Shown here one piece after another: positions 12,380-25,704 of a stretch of DNA of 64,000 bases (position 1 is the stretch's first letter; the number at the start of each line of letters is the position of its first letter). The stretch comes from Podarcis muralis (lineage: Eukaryota), in the NCBI RefSeq assembly GCF_964188315.1, contig NC_135660.1, forward strand, positions 68,262,001-68,326,000, in the 5' to 3' direction. The position numbers and the translations under genes are program-made. The notes under the pieces were generated by a model. It was given only the letters and a program-made list of their open reading frames with translations, did not search any database and was not told the DNA's origin.

Positions 12380-13060
12380 AGCCTTTAAGGCGACGCAGAA
12401 CAGTCGAGACGCCGCAGCGTCGCCAACACAAGAAAAAACTCTTCCAGAGGGAGGGAGGGAGTGGGCGGGGCAAAGCGTGCGGGCGGGGCGGGAGTGACGG
12501 CCCTGGTGATGCCATCGCGCCGCGCCCGCTGACAGAAAGGCGGGGTCGGAGGCGGGGCCTGGAGACGGGGGCGTGGTCGAGGTCGCCGCGGCCTGGCTTC
12601 CCATCCTTGCCTGGCAGAGCGGAGCTGGCCTCTTATTGCTCCGCTGCTGCCTGTGTGTCTTGGTCGCGCTCGACGCGGAGTCGCCTCAGCCGCGACCCCT
12701 CAGCCCAGAGGCTGCTGCTGCTGCTGCCCAGGTAAGGCTCGGGCGGCAAGAAACCGATGGAGACACCGGCGGGAGGGAGGGAGGGAGCTCCGGGCTGGCA
12801 CCGTATTCACGGCAGCAGATGCTGGCGGCGAGTCTCAAACGGGGCTGGAAGTCTCGTCTGGAAGCCCCGCCCCCCGGGTGTTTAGGAGCTGTTCGGTGTT
12901 GAGAAACGCAAGCCACTCTGCACATGCTCAGGAAGATTTCTCTGCCTTGTTTACGTCCTAGCACGGGAAGTGGTTTCAATCCCAAGCTTGTCAAGCCTTG
13001 AACAACCATGTTTGCTCCCCCTGGCGCTGTCCCTCCCCGCTGCATATTCAGGGACAGGCT
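12380..13060 (+). promoter_or_regulatory. MICU1: CpG island / GC-box promoter of MICU1
   Basis: Sharp rise in GC and CpG; GC boxes GGGCGGGG at 12463, GGGCGGGGCGGG at 12481, GGCGGGG near 12539 and 12551; no TATA box; overlaps an exon ending in a strong donor. Confidence 0.85.
12600..12731 (+). other. MICU1: MICU1 non-coding exon 1 (5' UTR; start approximate)
   Basis: CAG|GTAAGG donor at 12731/12732 inside the CpG island; no ATG in the exon; ends in a (GCT)5 run; human MICU1 also starts coding in exon 2. Confidence 0.75.
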
Positions 13061-14355
13061 AGGTTTTTTCATCTTCTAATGTATTAAGGGATTTCCCCTC
13101 AAGCTTTCTCTTTATATCACATTTATAAGGAGAGAAGTGGCGGGCGGGCAGAGGAGGTTCTTTTGGTTAAGAAACCCCCTTTTTCGTGATTTTGGTACCC
13201 TGACCCCACCCCCTTGTTGTTTGACATATTTTATGGACGGCTGCTGATGCCTGTGTGTGTGGAACCTATGGTAGGCGATAAGTGCCTAATTCGGAATAAA
13301 AAGAACAGCTCTGTAAAGCAACTTGCACTCTGGGTTCTATAGAAGTACAGAGCTATGAGTATGATGCAGGAATATGTTTTATGTGGTGCATCCATGAAAT
13401 TACCTGCCTGGTAGCATAGTGTCCCTTATCCTGCTTCCTGGATCTATATAATCTGTTGTATATTCTGTAAGTGGGTTTAAGTGACATGAGGAAAACAAGA
13501 ATCACATAAGCAGAAGGTGGTTTCTTTATTCATATTACCCCCTCCCCTTTGGTTGTATTACAACAGATTTAAAAGTTGGAGTTATTTCGTAGTAGTGGCT
13601 GTGCATGTTTAACTTAGCGATGCAACTCTACCTAGAAACTGTATATTCTTGCTTCCTCAGAAAGAGACTGAATGATCTATTCTCAATTGACCCAGAACTA
13701 CTTTAAATGGGTGAAGTCGCCACACCCCCCTGCATCCTAGAAAGCCTATTTAAGCCAATCATCTGTTCTTATGGCTTAAAGAAAAATGCTTACTGCCTAG
13801 TTCCATTTGTGTTTACTTCAGATGAGCTCCAGTGAGCCTTCCCTGACCTGGTGCCCTCCAGTTTTTTTAAACCACAACTCCCATAATCCCTGACCATTGG
13901 CCATGCTGGCTGGAGACGATGGGAAATGTATTGCAGAACGTCTAGAAGGCACCTGGTTTGGGAAGCCTGCAGCTAAGAGACAATGCTTTCCAGCTTATGC
14001 TCCTGTAATATTGTGTTTTGTCTCTGTATATTAAATCAGGATTGCAAATGCCACAGTATTTATTTTATTTCACATTTATTTTTTTATACCACACTTTCCC
14101 CAAGGATTTTACAATAACCTACATCTGCACTTTATCCTCACAAGAACCTTGTGTGTTTACGTGCGGAGCTGGCTATTAGACCAAGATCACCCAGTAAGCC
14201 TAGTAGTTCCACACTCCACAGTCTTCGATCTTTATACCCCATCTTTCTATAAAATATGCAAGGGAGATTGAACAGTAGTCAGTTTGTAACAGCAGGGGAG
14301 GTATGGACCATAGTGGGATGAGTTTTCATAGGTAAATGAAAATGGACTGAGAAGA

Positions 14356-14557
14356 CAGGGAACCAGGCAGAGGGCCTTCTTGGTAGTGGCGCCCTCCCTG
14401 TGGAACGCCCTCCCACCAGATGTCAAAGAGAACAACAACTACCAGATTGTTAGAAGACATCTGAAGGCAGCCCTGTTTAGGGAAGCTTTTAATGTTTGAT
14501 GTATTACAGTATTTTAATATTTTTTTGGAAGCCGCCCAGAGTGGCTGGGGAAGCCCA
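14356..14557 (+). mobile_element. L2 3' end (same family as 3119-3557), running into the gap
   Basis: cagggaaccaggcagagggccttcttggtagtgg...gaagccgcccagagtggctggggaagccca. Confidence 0.85.
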
Positions 14558-14716
14558 NNNNNNNNNNNNNNNNNNNNNNNNNNNNNNNNNNNNNNNNNNN
14601 NNNNNNNNNNNNNNNNNNNNNNNNNNNNNNNNNNNNNNNNNNNNNNNNNNNNNNNNNNNNNNNNNNNNNNNNNNNNNNNNNNNNNNNNNNNNNNNNNNNN
14701 NNNNNNNNNNNNNNNN
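14558..14716. other. Assembly gap (159 N)
   Basis: Run of N. Confidence 1.
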
Positions 14717-15278
14717 CAGGTTAATAGTAGCATACAAGCAACTGTCACCTTACATCATGTTCAGGTTCCACTTTTTCTCCAGGTAGCTCAGGGTGGTGTG
14801 CATCATTTCTTACTTTTATACGGTACTTACAATGCCATGTAGCAAATTAAAGAGATAGTGAATAGCCCAAGGTAATCTAGGGAGCTTCCTGGCTATGTGT
14901 GGGTTTGAATGTAGGTCTCTGCACTCATGCACTCTCACTTTTAACCAGGGCTTTATTCTGGCGGTATGTGCAGTACCGACACCGTTTTTTCTGGAAAAAA
15001 AACCCCAGGCTCTCTCCTCCTCCTCTTCTACAGTGGTCAGCTTCCACAGGCAGCAGCACTGCCCCTTCCTCAGTGGCAACCGCTCTCTCCCACCTTGCTC
15101 CTGACGCCAATGCTGGCTCAACACAAGTAGCGCATCTGGTTAGGAGGCGACTCCACAACCCTTTGAAAGAGAACTTACGGCTGGTGCATCTGCACAGGGC
15201 AGTGCATGAGCCTGATGCCAAAGTCATTGCCCTCAGCCACATGTGGTACCCACTCAGACTGGTTGCTCTGTTCTATTA

Positions 15279-15285
<7 letters not shown>

Positions 15286-15312
<27 letters not shown>
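15286..15312. repeat. (TG)n microsatellite
   Basis: Direct observation. Confidence 0.95.
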
Positions 15313-15313
<1 letters not shown>

Positions 15314-16053
15314 TGTTAGAACCACCTTAAATCAAGAAGGGCCTTCAATTTAGCAAGAAGGCCAGATGCTATTACTTATTTTAATATTTTATAGTTAACT
15401 TTTAACTACTATAAATAGTTAACATCTGTAACTTTTTATTAAACATTTACATATATTTAGGCGCCAGGCAAAAACATTCCTCTTCTCTCAGGCCTTTGGC
15501 TAATTAAACAGTTTACGACCTTTTAAACTGTATTGTTTTTGTTTGTTACTATGTTACATATTTTTGTGGTTTTTATATTGTAAACCACCTTGTGATCCTT
15601 ATGAAGGGCACCATAGAAATAAAATAAATAAGTGCAAGGTAGATAACACAATATTAAAACAATAGTTGCTTCCAGGCCTTTTGTAGTAAGTGACTAAGAG
15701 AAATAAATAAATGTAGACTAATACATTTCTTCTTCAGATCCTTGGGGAGACAAGTGGGCAGATTCTTCCCCAGACCAGAATCCATCGCTATCAATCTTGT
15801 ATAGAGAAAATTAACGTCCTCCCTCTTCCTGACCAAAGATTAAAGAAATGGAATGTATTATTTGCCAGGTTTAGGAAGAAAGTCCCTTGTGGCTTTTCTG
15901 CAGCTCCTGCTTCTTCCTTCTGTGATTTGCAGAGAGAGAGAGAGAGAATTTTATGGGGGGCATCAATAGCAATGAACTTGTAAGGGTTATTTTGGGATGG
16001 ATTGGCTAAATTTTTACAGGGGAGGATCCTTAGATATTTTAAAATGAAAAAAA

Positions 16054-16271
16054 CAGTGGTACCTCAGGTTACAGACTCTTCATGTTACAGATTCCACTAA
16101 CCCAGAATTAGTACCTCGGGTTAAGAACTTTGCTTCAGGATGAGAACAGAAATTGCGGTGTGGCAGCAGCAGGAGGCCCCATTAGCTAAAGTGGTACCTC
16201 AGGTTAAGAACAGTTTCAGGTTAAGAATGGACCTCCAGAACGAATTAAGTTCTTAACCCGAGGTAGCACTG
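16054..16271 (-). mobile_element. Tc1/mariner MITE family A, copy 2 (inverted relative to the others)
   Basis: Same TIR; interior is the reverse complement of copy 1. Confidence 0.9.
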
Positions 16272-18116
16272 TAACAGATTTGTTCTTGGTGTAGCTCTCC
16301 ATCATTAAAACGTGACACAATTCAGCTCTGTCTTTGCAGGAAGCATTAAGGCCTGGACTATACATGTGAAATGAGGCGACCGAGTCGTGAGACTATAATG
16401 GAGTTCTGGAGTGCCCTGCTTCAGAGTACAAGCGCCACAATAATTTTCTAAAAATATCTCCCTACGTTTAAAAGACAAACATCCCATTGCTAGAAATGGA
16501 GAACTAGCAGAGAAGGAAGTGGGCCAGGCAGGTTCTGAGCTGCTCTTTGCAAGAAAATGGTTGCATGTGAAGGACTTTCAGAAATCATTCACCCCTCCCT
16601 GCAGTCTGAAGTGGTATGGTCCAGGAGGCTATCACCTCAGTCTCCTTCATGTGCCAAGCAAATGTAAGCCTCATGATGGCATGCTTTTGTAGATTGCCCA
16701 TTATCTGGCATGCTGGGACACAGGAGGCCTGCTGGAGCTGTTCTGTTTTGATTAAAGAAAATATTGCTGCCATTAGTAAGAGAAATACAGCAGTGGTAGT
16801 TACTCTCCTAATTTACCCAGAATGCCATTGGGTCCTGACATTTTCTTGTGATCTGCAGATAAAGGGTGGTATATAAATTTAATAAATAAGAATAAGAATA
16901 ATGACATCCGTTCAGATGTTAAGTAGATTTTAATGGGAGCTAGGTTTACATATGATGATCTTTACATATGATAATTGTCTTCTGAATGCCTTCCAGGACA
17001 CATCTTGAGGTCAGACTGGTAGTACCAGGGTCAATAAAGTTCATAACGAAGGTTCTCTTGTCATATTAAGTTATTCCAACCTTTTTACTCATGCCATGAC
17101 CTACAGTAATAAATCATAGAAAAAGTTCAGATCGACACACATCTATTCACAGCACCATCAATACATTCACTCTTCATGAAATCAATGGTATATTAAACGT
17201 CTTTCATTTTTCCTCTTCTCTTTCTTTCCGACTCGCTCAATTTTCCTCAGACATACACTCATAGCACTTGCTAGCTACAGCAACTTTTCAAGCCTACTCA
17301 AGACTGCAATTTAAAGACATAAATTCTGCTTCTTTGATCTGTATTTAACTCTTAACAGCATACCCATTGTTCGCAAGAGTGTCTGAAGTGGTTACATTGC
17401 TAATGAAGGTTTTTTGTTTGTTTTTGCACGATTCCAGCTTCCAATTCAATTCTGCACCATTTAACAGAGGTAGAGATCATTGGACATTGCCTGCTTTTTG
17501 GTCTGTGCTTAGGATTGCAGAGGAAACCTTGCTTCCTCTGGGTTGAAAATTGCTTTGTGAATAAGAAGATTTACTGAGTGAGCTTGAATCCATTATTTGC
17601 GAGGCTTAGTCAGAAAATGGGATATAGATTTTGTACATTAATTACTTTTTTTCTTGATCGATAATTTGATTTTCATCATGTTGGCTGGGTTTGTCTTCAA
17701 GAAATTATAAATAAGTGCTTAGCTGTTTGGATGAGAAGAATGAGTCATGTGTAAAAATTCATCATTTTAAAAATCGTATAAGCGTAAAAGGTTTAATTAG
17801 AAATAATAAAACACCTGTTACTTATGGAAGAAAGCATATGCAAAGGTTTATTCAGATATTCTTTACTGTTTTGTCTTTAATATAGCATTGCCACTCTATA
17901 GTCATGCTAATTGTCTTGGTGCCACATGGCTCAGTTTAATAGTAAATTAGCTCCTTCAATAGTAGAATTTGCAGGGTTGCTATTTAGTAAACATAATGAA
18001 TTACACTCCTTAAATACAAAAAAAAAAAGTTAGTGGTAAGGCAGACATCTCTTGTTGACTTAGCTTTTCTCACAGAAGCAAAGGATCACAAGGTATAATA
18101 CAAAACTAATCCTGTC

Positions 18117-18237
18117 TTTGGAGGTCTTTAAGCAGAGGCCTGACAACCATATGTCAGGAGTGCTCTGATGGTGTTTCCTGCTTGGCAGGGGGTTGGACTC
18201 GATGGCCCTTGTGGTCTATTCCAACTCTATGATTCTG
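18117..18237 (+). mobile_element. CR1 3' end
   Basis: ggaggtctttaagcagagg...gggggttggactcgatggcc...ccaactctatgattct. Confidence 0.85.
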
Positions 18238-18278
18238 TCTTATGCCTGGCCCTGCAAAATGAAAGAAATTGAGGTTTA

Positions 18279-18375
18279 GGCTGCAATCCTGTAGCCCCTA
18301 AACTTGGGAGTAAGTCCCATAAAACTCAGTAGGACTCTGCTTCTCAGTAGAAATGTGTATGAGATTAGGCTGTTT
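18279..18375. repeat. Short squamate palindromic interspersed repeat (ggctgcaatcct...ggagtaagtcccat.gaa.tca.tgggact...aggattgcagcc); degraded copies near 1880, 6940, 7500, 12270, 31320-31620, 43570, 57470
   Basis: Recurrent imperfect-palindrome core seen at these positions. Confidence 0.6.
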
Positions 18376-21300
18376 AATTTGGAAGTGATTTTAGCTATGC
18401 TGGAAAACTGTTGTATGCTTGAATTGCACCTCCAGCAAGGATGGACAACCTCAGCTTAAAGTGCTGCATGGAAATGACACTTGGGTTCAACAGGGTTCTG
18501 AGGCAGTGAACAGAGTTGGGGCTTGCTGTGAAGACTTGGCCCATTGTCTTATCCTGATTAACAGTAATACTGGTAAATACTGAAGCAGTTGTGGAACTCA
18601 AACTTGTTTTTAAACATGGAACACATTTACTCTTCTTCTGCGTCTCTGTTCTTTAACATGGAAAAGGAAGGTTGAGCTGTAAGGCAGGTACATGGAAATG
18701 CATTTTTATTTTTATTGAGAGTTGGATTTAGCTCTGTGATTAATCTTAATCATCATAATAATGCAATGCTACTTAGCATTTGTATAGTGCTTTCAAGTGT
18801 TCAGTTCACATGCATTGTCTAGTTGTTATCCCTAGCAACCTGGCCAGATCAGCCAACATTTATTATCCCCCATATTGGGGAGCATTTGAAGAGTGGACTG
18901 TTTGAGTAGGCAATGATGGACTTAACTTAGAGCACACCAATGTGGCTGCAACCTTATTGGCAGTAATGGTCTCTGTGACTGTGTTTTAAATAGAGTGGTG
19001 GACTGTGGGAAATAAGCTGTGGGTGTAAGAATGCAACAGTTTCCAATCTGACTGGTCTTTGTCACAATCAGTGCTGTTTCTGTTCTGCTGCAGTTCGTTT
19101 CCCTCCAAATGCTACATTTTTTTGTCTCACTGTCCTCTATTTAATGTACCTTGTTATTATTTATGTCATTTATGTAAGTTAAAATTTAAAGATATTAATG
19201 ATGCAATTGTTTCCATAGCATTCTTTTCAATGCAAAGGAAACATGATTCAAATGGAGATGGGGAGTCATGAATTACATATTGTTTGTGGACTGAAAACAA
19301 CAGCAGCAATTTCCATTTGGTATTTGCTTGATCAATTTCCATTTCAGGCATAGGATGAATTAGCAAATGCCAGCAATTTTCGCTTCTGTTTGTGTTTTTG
19401 TCAGAATCCTCTAGCATCCCTAATTACATCTAATAAATTTCAGGTGGGCATTGTAAGAAGTAGCTGCATACTACTTTGATTTGAATGGTTATCAGCAATG
19501 TTAATTACATAGTGCCTTGAAGGTCTTGCCTTTCTAATTGGTGCTACATCCATGTGACTTGAGTTTAGATAACCTGATCCTTAATACGTTTTAGCAAAAA
19601 AAAAAGTGGGTAGCATACTTGTGTTCTCACTTATGTCAATCAATCCGAGTTTTGTTGCCTGACTGATGCAGTGCTTTACTGAGAGAGATGGAAATAGCAC
19701 TAGGGATCTTGAGCCTGTTTGTCTTCTTATGTATTTTTAGGTTTAATTGCATTATGCATTTGGAGCTGCTGGTTTTCAGAGCAGGTGTTCTCTAGGAAAG
19801 GTGTCCCCTCAAGGCCATAGCAGAATCTGCTGGACCCAAGGAGATAATAAGTTGTCCTAGGTGAAAGGATGAATAAAATCTTGGCATCTGTCATTTTCGA
19901 TCTCATGCCTGGGGCAGAGGCTGATGACAGGAGGCAAGGCTATGCATATAATAGCTGGGGGGGAATCAGTTGTGGGGTGGTAGCGGCGTGGGTTTCTGAT
20001 GGGGATCAGGCAGTGACTTAGATGGAGTGACGTCTTTCAGGCTTTCCCCCTTGGTTGGAATTAGTACGATGAAATATTAGCTTGAGCACCATCAAAGAAA
20101 TTATGCTGGTACAAAATTTCATCATCTTCAGAAATGTAATTCAGATTAATAATGCAAGCACTGTGGGCAATCTTTTACCTAGTGATGCTGGAAAAAAATG
20201 TCAAGGTGAGTGAAGGCGGCAGTGAAGCAGTCCTGGGAAAGACAGCTCCGGGCAACTTAACCGGCAGTGACAATCTGTCTTACCCACTGCTGCCCACTCA
20301 GACACATGTATTGCTGTGCTGAAGGGTGAGATCTGTGAATTGCAAGTGTTGGGTGTCCACATCATAGCTAAATTAGCTCTCCTGCAGTTGGTTTCTGTTG
20401 CTGCTGCTGCTGCCTTCTACAAATACATTCTATCAGCGCCTCTATGCTGCTGCCCCATTTCATGTGAATGTGCAGTTAATTCTCATTTGTGGTACCTGCA
20501 CAATGGAGTTTAGGTGCAGGTTTGACTTGCTCCACTTGAAACTGACCAACACTGAAAAAGATATTAAAACTTGGATTGCTTCACGGAAACGCCACATGTA
20601 AATCTTGAAAGGCTTGACCATTGTGGTGGTTGAACAGGATACAGCAGATGCTGTGTTGTTTGCTTTCCTTGCCTGTTACCCTGCTTTCCCCCCCTCCCCT
20701 GCCTTTTCTTTGAAAATACTCCACCATAAATCAAAAGGCTATGCACTTGTGCATGATCACCTGTCTTCAGTTGGGTCACAGATTCTGTTTCCTTTGTTTG
20801 AGAGTCATGTTGTCTCATTTGCAGCTACTCCAGCTTTGTGCCATCTAGGTCAGCTATGAAAGTTAACACAGCCATGGATTTTCCTACCCTGATCCTACCC
20901 CATTTGCTTTGGTAGATTGTGCAACTGGCGTAAGAGCAGGGCAGAAGAATCCACAAAGTTGTGCTCTTTTTCAACTATTCCACCCTTGTATTGTTTGGGG
21001 ACAGGCTATTTTGCCTGGCAGAAATAGGTAGAGATTAGAACCTCTACACAAGGTTAGAACCAGAAACCTGGGAAGACACCATCACACTATTTTCAGCACT
21101 CACAATAAAATAAATTGTGCATATCCTGCCGTATGAAGGTCACTTCCAGATTACCTGTTTATTGAGCGTTCATCCTGATTTGCGGAGAAGTTTAAAGACA
21201 TTGCATTGTTACCCCACAGTTTCCAGCACATTTTCCCATCACTTTCCTTATCTCAAAAAGTCCAGAGGCTGTTTTTGGAAGCAAGTTTCTTGGGCAAGAT

Positions 21301-21837
21301 CATCAAATGCACTTTAAATGCACAGCTTGCATTTGCTGGTATGCAGCTAAATTCTACCCACAAAATAACAGTCTGGAAGTGCACAAGGCAGAGCTTTCCA
21401 AACTGTCTGTCACGACCTGTTAGTGTGCCAGCTGCAGAGTGTAAATGTGTCACACGGATGATCACCACACTCCTCCCAGGGCTGGAAAGGGGTTAGTTTA
21501 ACCTCCGGTTTGCTAGTTAAACTGAATTACTGTGTTGCAAAATGATGCATGTCTAAAAAGTGTCACCAACATGAAAAGTTTAGAAAGCTCTGGCCTAAGG
21601 CATCAAAAGTGCATGTGAGGTCTAATGAAGAGACCTGACTGGAACTTAAACTATACAGTATAGATCTTCTTATCCTCCCACCATCTTTATATTCAAGGCC
21701 ACAATATGGTACATCTAGAGATTGTATGTAACGAGAAGGAGATTATGCGTTGAAATATTTTAGTTGATATTTTAGAATGTAAAATGCTATTTTATTTATT
21801 GATTGGTTTTACTTTGTGGGCTTATAGCCGAATAAAG

Positions 21838-21840
<3 letters not shown>

Positions 21841-21900
<60 letters not shown>
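21841..21900. repeat. (TATC)n tetranucleotide microsatellite
   Basis: About 15 units with one interruption. Confidence 0.97.
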
Positions 21901-21901
<1 letters not shown>

Positions 21902-22580
21902 CTTATCCTCTGATTTCTTTTTCAGACCACTGTCGCGCTTGCCCAGTTTTCCTTAGCTGTGAGGGCTAGAAACTTTGTAAGCTTGCATTTCAGAAGGAAA
22001 CTTGCATATGGCTGCAAAGCAATTAAAATTGTCGAGAAACACAGAACATTTTGTTAAATGCAGTATTTGGGTTGTTGTTTTTTAATGGCGTTAACATTCT
22101 TTTTAACAGCATTGCATACATTTTGCTTTTTCTCCCTGCTGACACTAATTGGCTTGTGAATTCTAACTGAGATGAGAATGTGGTTTTCTGAAAGTGTATA
22201 TTGCACACAGTGTCTAGTATTGCTGATTAGCTCCCTTGGGGGCACCTATCGTACAGTGATCATCTTCTCTGATCTGTCACTGGTTATGAGCTTTAAAATG
22301 AGGAGAATATTTAATGCTTTATTAAAGCTAGCGGGCAATGCTATTCTGAATTTTGAATAGATTAAAAGAGAGATGTAGTGTTGAGATCCCTGGAAGTAGG
22401 GATGGGGAAAACCTGTGCCTGATAATACTGGGCTAGATGGACTGTTGGTGCCGTGTGATACCAGGACAAAAATTATTGAGCTTTTTGTGGGACACTGAGC
22501 AAGTTCATTCCTCTCTATTTGTCTTTCCCCAAACTTCACAATAGCCACCTATATTTTGCAACTTGAATATCCATGTGTAT

Positions 22581-22620
22581 AGTCTAGTCTAGTCTAGTCT
22601 AGTCTAGTCTAGTCTAGTCT
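22581..22620. repeat. (AGTCT)8 pentanucleotide array at the 5' junction of a Bov-B copy
   Basis: Direct observation. Confidence 0.95.
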
Positions 22621-22857
22621 CCAATACTTTAGCCCCCTCATGAGAAGAGGAGACTCCCTGGAAAAGACCCTGATGTTGGGAAAGATGGAGGGCACAAGGA
22701 GAAGGGGACGACAGAGGACGAGATGGTTGGATAGTGTCTTCGAAGCTACAAACATGAGTCTGACCAAACTGCAGGAGGCAGTGGAAGACAGAAGTGCCTG
22801 GCGTGCTCTGGTCCATGGGGTCACGAAGAGTCGGACACGACTAAACAACAACAAAGT
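22619..22857 (+). mobile_element. Bov-B LINE 3' fragment with open RT C-terminus
   Basis: Reads LQYFSPLMRRGDSLEKTLMLGKMEGTRRRGRQRTRWLDSV...VHGVTKSRTRL; CAACAACAA tail. Confidence 0.93.
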
Positions 22858-25337
22858 ATAGTATAGTATTATCAAGAGTGATTAAGAGTGAAATTAAAAG
22901 TGAAGAGCAAGCCAAACTTTGTGGAACACCAAGCAGTGGACATGTTCTCCTTGACGGTGCACCTGTGAAACACAATGTGATGTCAATGACATTTCCCTGC
23001 TGCCATCTTCAACTCCAAGCTCAGAAGCAGGAAGGGAAAGCTGGGTTTGCCTTGGTTTTGTGTTTGTTGGCTACTTGGGGCACCTAGGGAGTATGGTACC
23101 AAGGCATCTCTGTTACATCCCACCCCCTGGAGCCAGAACAGAGTGATGGACCACATAGCCAAATCACACACTTAATTCAAAAACATTTGGGAGTGGTGCT
23201 GTGGTCATCCTCCCACTTGCAGCTCCAGGCTGTGGAGGTGGATCTGGACTTGAATGAAATTGTTAAGATACTGGATTATGTGGTCATTAATGAAAATAAT
23301 TCCCAAGGAACAATCTGTTGCATAGGTCCTATACAAATATTTTATCTAATGCACTGGACATCTAGTGGGTCCAGAGATGGGGCAAGGAAGAGCGGGTGTG
23401 TGGAATGTGATTCTATCCCCCACTGCATGTAGGCTTGCATGCTTAGAGCCTTCTCTAAACCACCTGCTCTTTTTTTTACAAGCAGAAGCCATTCAAATGC
23501 TACTATTTCTTGAAATCCTAGAAGAGGACAAATTTTAATTTTTATTTCTGTTCTTCAAAACCTGCATTTTTTAGCCCAGTTATTCTGACTAAAACTAACT
23601 TCTTCTCCCTGCTCTGCAAATCCCCAAATCTCAGCAGGGATGAAGCACAGGTGGAAGAAAGAACGAAGGGCATGCCTCTCTTGACCTGTTTTGAGCTGCC
23701 TAGAAGTTGACTATTGATCTCAGCCAGTTTATACACTGAAGCTAAATACTGCTTGGAAAGCACAAGTATTCCTTGACTTTTTAAAATTGGCTCTTTATAT
23801 TGATTCTTAACCAGCCTTGTTGGTTTCTCTCTGCTACTATCCACCATCACTGCTGTGTTCCTAGTACTTAGAAATGTACAGTTTAGAGGATACTTAACTT
23901 TTTCCTCACCACTTTCCACTGTTTGCTGGAAATGTTCTTGGTCAATCAGCTTTTGGCATGCTGGTCAGTTTTATGTGGTGAACCTTGTTCAGGGCTTTTA
24001 ATTTGCTAAGCTTGGTTTTAATGTGGTTTGGTTGTTATATTGTGTTTGTGTGTGCTTTGGATTTTAGCATTTTGATACTTATAAGTTACACTAATGCAAA
24101 CACATTAGAAAGAAGGGATATAAAAATTTGAATAACAGTAAATAAATGGAGTGTTGTGCTTGGACTGGAGAGACGTGAGTTCAGGTCCTCATTCAGACAC
24201 TAAACTCACTGGTTGACATTCCATTTCTGCATTATCTACTTTATAGGGTTTCTGTGGGTATACCTTGCTACAATGGTCCCAGAGAAAGATACCCCCTCCC
24301 AGTTGGTCAGCAGGTATGACCTGAGTCCTGCGTCTCTACTTCTTCAAGAATTAAGCCCCATGCAAAAGTTACATCCTTTCTGTATCTGTCCCCACCTCCT
24401 TTCCATTGGAAGCTGCTCCTGGTGGCACCCTGTACACACCAGGTTTGAGGAGGCTGCTGAAGACGAGAATGCTATCCCCCTTTATTTTGTACCTGCCCTT
24501 CCCTCCCTTCAGAGAAGCTGCTTTGATTTGCTCTGCTGTAATGCGTTTTTCGATTCTGATCTCTGATGCTGACCAAACAAGGCTGCCTGCAAAAACTGCA
24601 GTGCAGGGGCATGAGCCTTGCTAGAAAAGAATGCAACAGCTTCTCTATGGGCAGGGACGAGCTTTGCCTCTTTAGGAAACAACACACCAGCTGCTGCTCA
24701 GGGGCGCTTGCATTTTTCGATTCAAAGGACCTAGTTTAGTAATGGGCCTAACGCAGCATCTCTGGGGGCTGTTCCATTCACAAATTCTTGACTTTCCCCG
24801 CAGTTAGCCCTTTCTGCTGTTGTGTTCTTTCTTTCCTGCTTTCCTGCATGGGGAAGATTACTTGCGCTAAGCTTGTTCAGTTTTTTCATGGTCTACTTAT
24901 GATAATTTTACTTGTGGTGGGTGTTCGTTATGACTTCCTAGGGTATGTGTATATGTGTATCTCTGGCAATAAACTGTCTGGGCCAGTTCAGATGTAATGC
25001 TGCCCAATTGCTTAATCATGGTTAAGTACCGGTAATTGGGTGCAGGCTGCAAGATAACATGCTCCTTCCTTACATCATCTGGAGTGCAAATTCCCCCTTC
25101 AGGCCATTACTGACTAGCTGTTACATGACATCGGTGTGAACTGTAGTTAATTAACCAGAGTTCTGCTTATCCGATGATCTGACACCATGGTTGGTTTCAG
25201 GTGCTAGCTTAAGAGAGAACCCAGCTCTAAGCATGGTCAGACTCTGCAAGAGTAAATGAGTTCTGCCAAAGGGGGAGAAGGATCAAGCAATCCTGCAGCC
25301 TGCTTCTGCTTTTTCACCCTGGCTAAGCAGATTGGCA

Positions 25338-25704
25338 TCAGGGACACGGGTGGCGCTGTGGGTAAAAGCCTCAGCGCCTAGGGCTTGCCAATCGAAAGGT
25401 CGGCGGTTCAAATCCCCGCGGTGGGGTGCGCTCCCGCTGCTCGGTCCCAGCACCTGCCAACCTAGCAGTTCGAAAGCACCCCCGGGTGCAAGTAGATAAA
25501 TAGGGACCGCTTACTGGCGGGAAGGTAAACGGTGTTTCCGTGTGCTGTGCTGGCTCACCAGATGCAGCTTGTCACGCTGGCCACGTGACCCGGAAGTGTC
25601 TGCGGACAGCGCTGGCCCCCGGCCTCTTGAGTGAGATGGGCGCACAACCCCAGAGTCTGTCAAGACTGGCCCGTACGGGCAGGGGTACCTTTACCATTAC
25701 CTTT
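25338..25704 (+). mobile_element. Young Sauria SINE with intact 14-bp TSD
   Basis: TAAGCAGATTGGCA at 25324-37 and 25705-18; many CpGs retained; ACCTTT-type tail. Confidence 0.95.

Noticed and set aside
12317-13072. Overlapping 62-128 aa ORFs on both strands in the CpG island
   Set aside because: Expected in GC-rich DNA; they cross the exon 1 donor and resemble no known protein, including MCU.
14326-14842. ORFs spanning the N run
   Set aside because: Artefacts of translating through the assembly gap.
17200-17260. Strong pyrimidine tract with CAG at 17250
   Set aside because: No convincing donor within exon-sized distance.
23542-23919. 125-aa minus-strand ORF
   Set aside because: Non-ATG start, no recognisable motif, no splice or promoter context.
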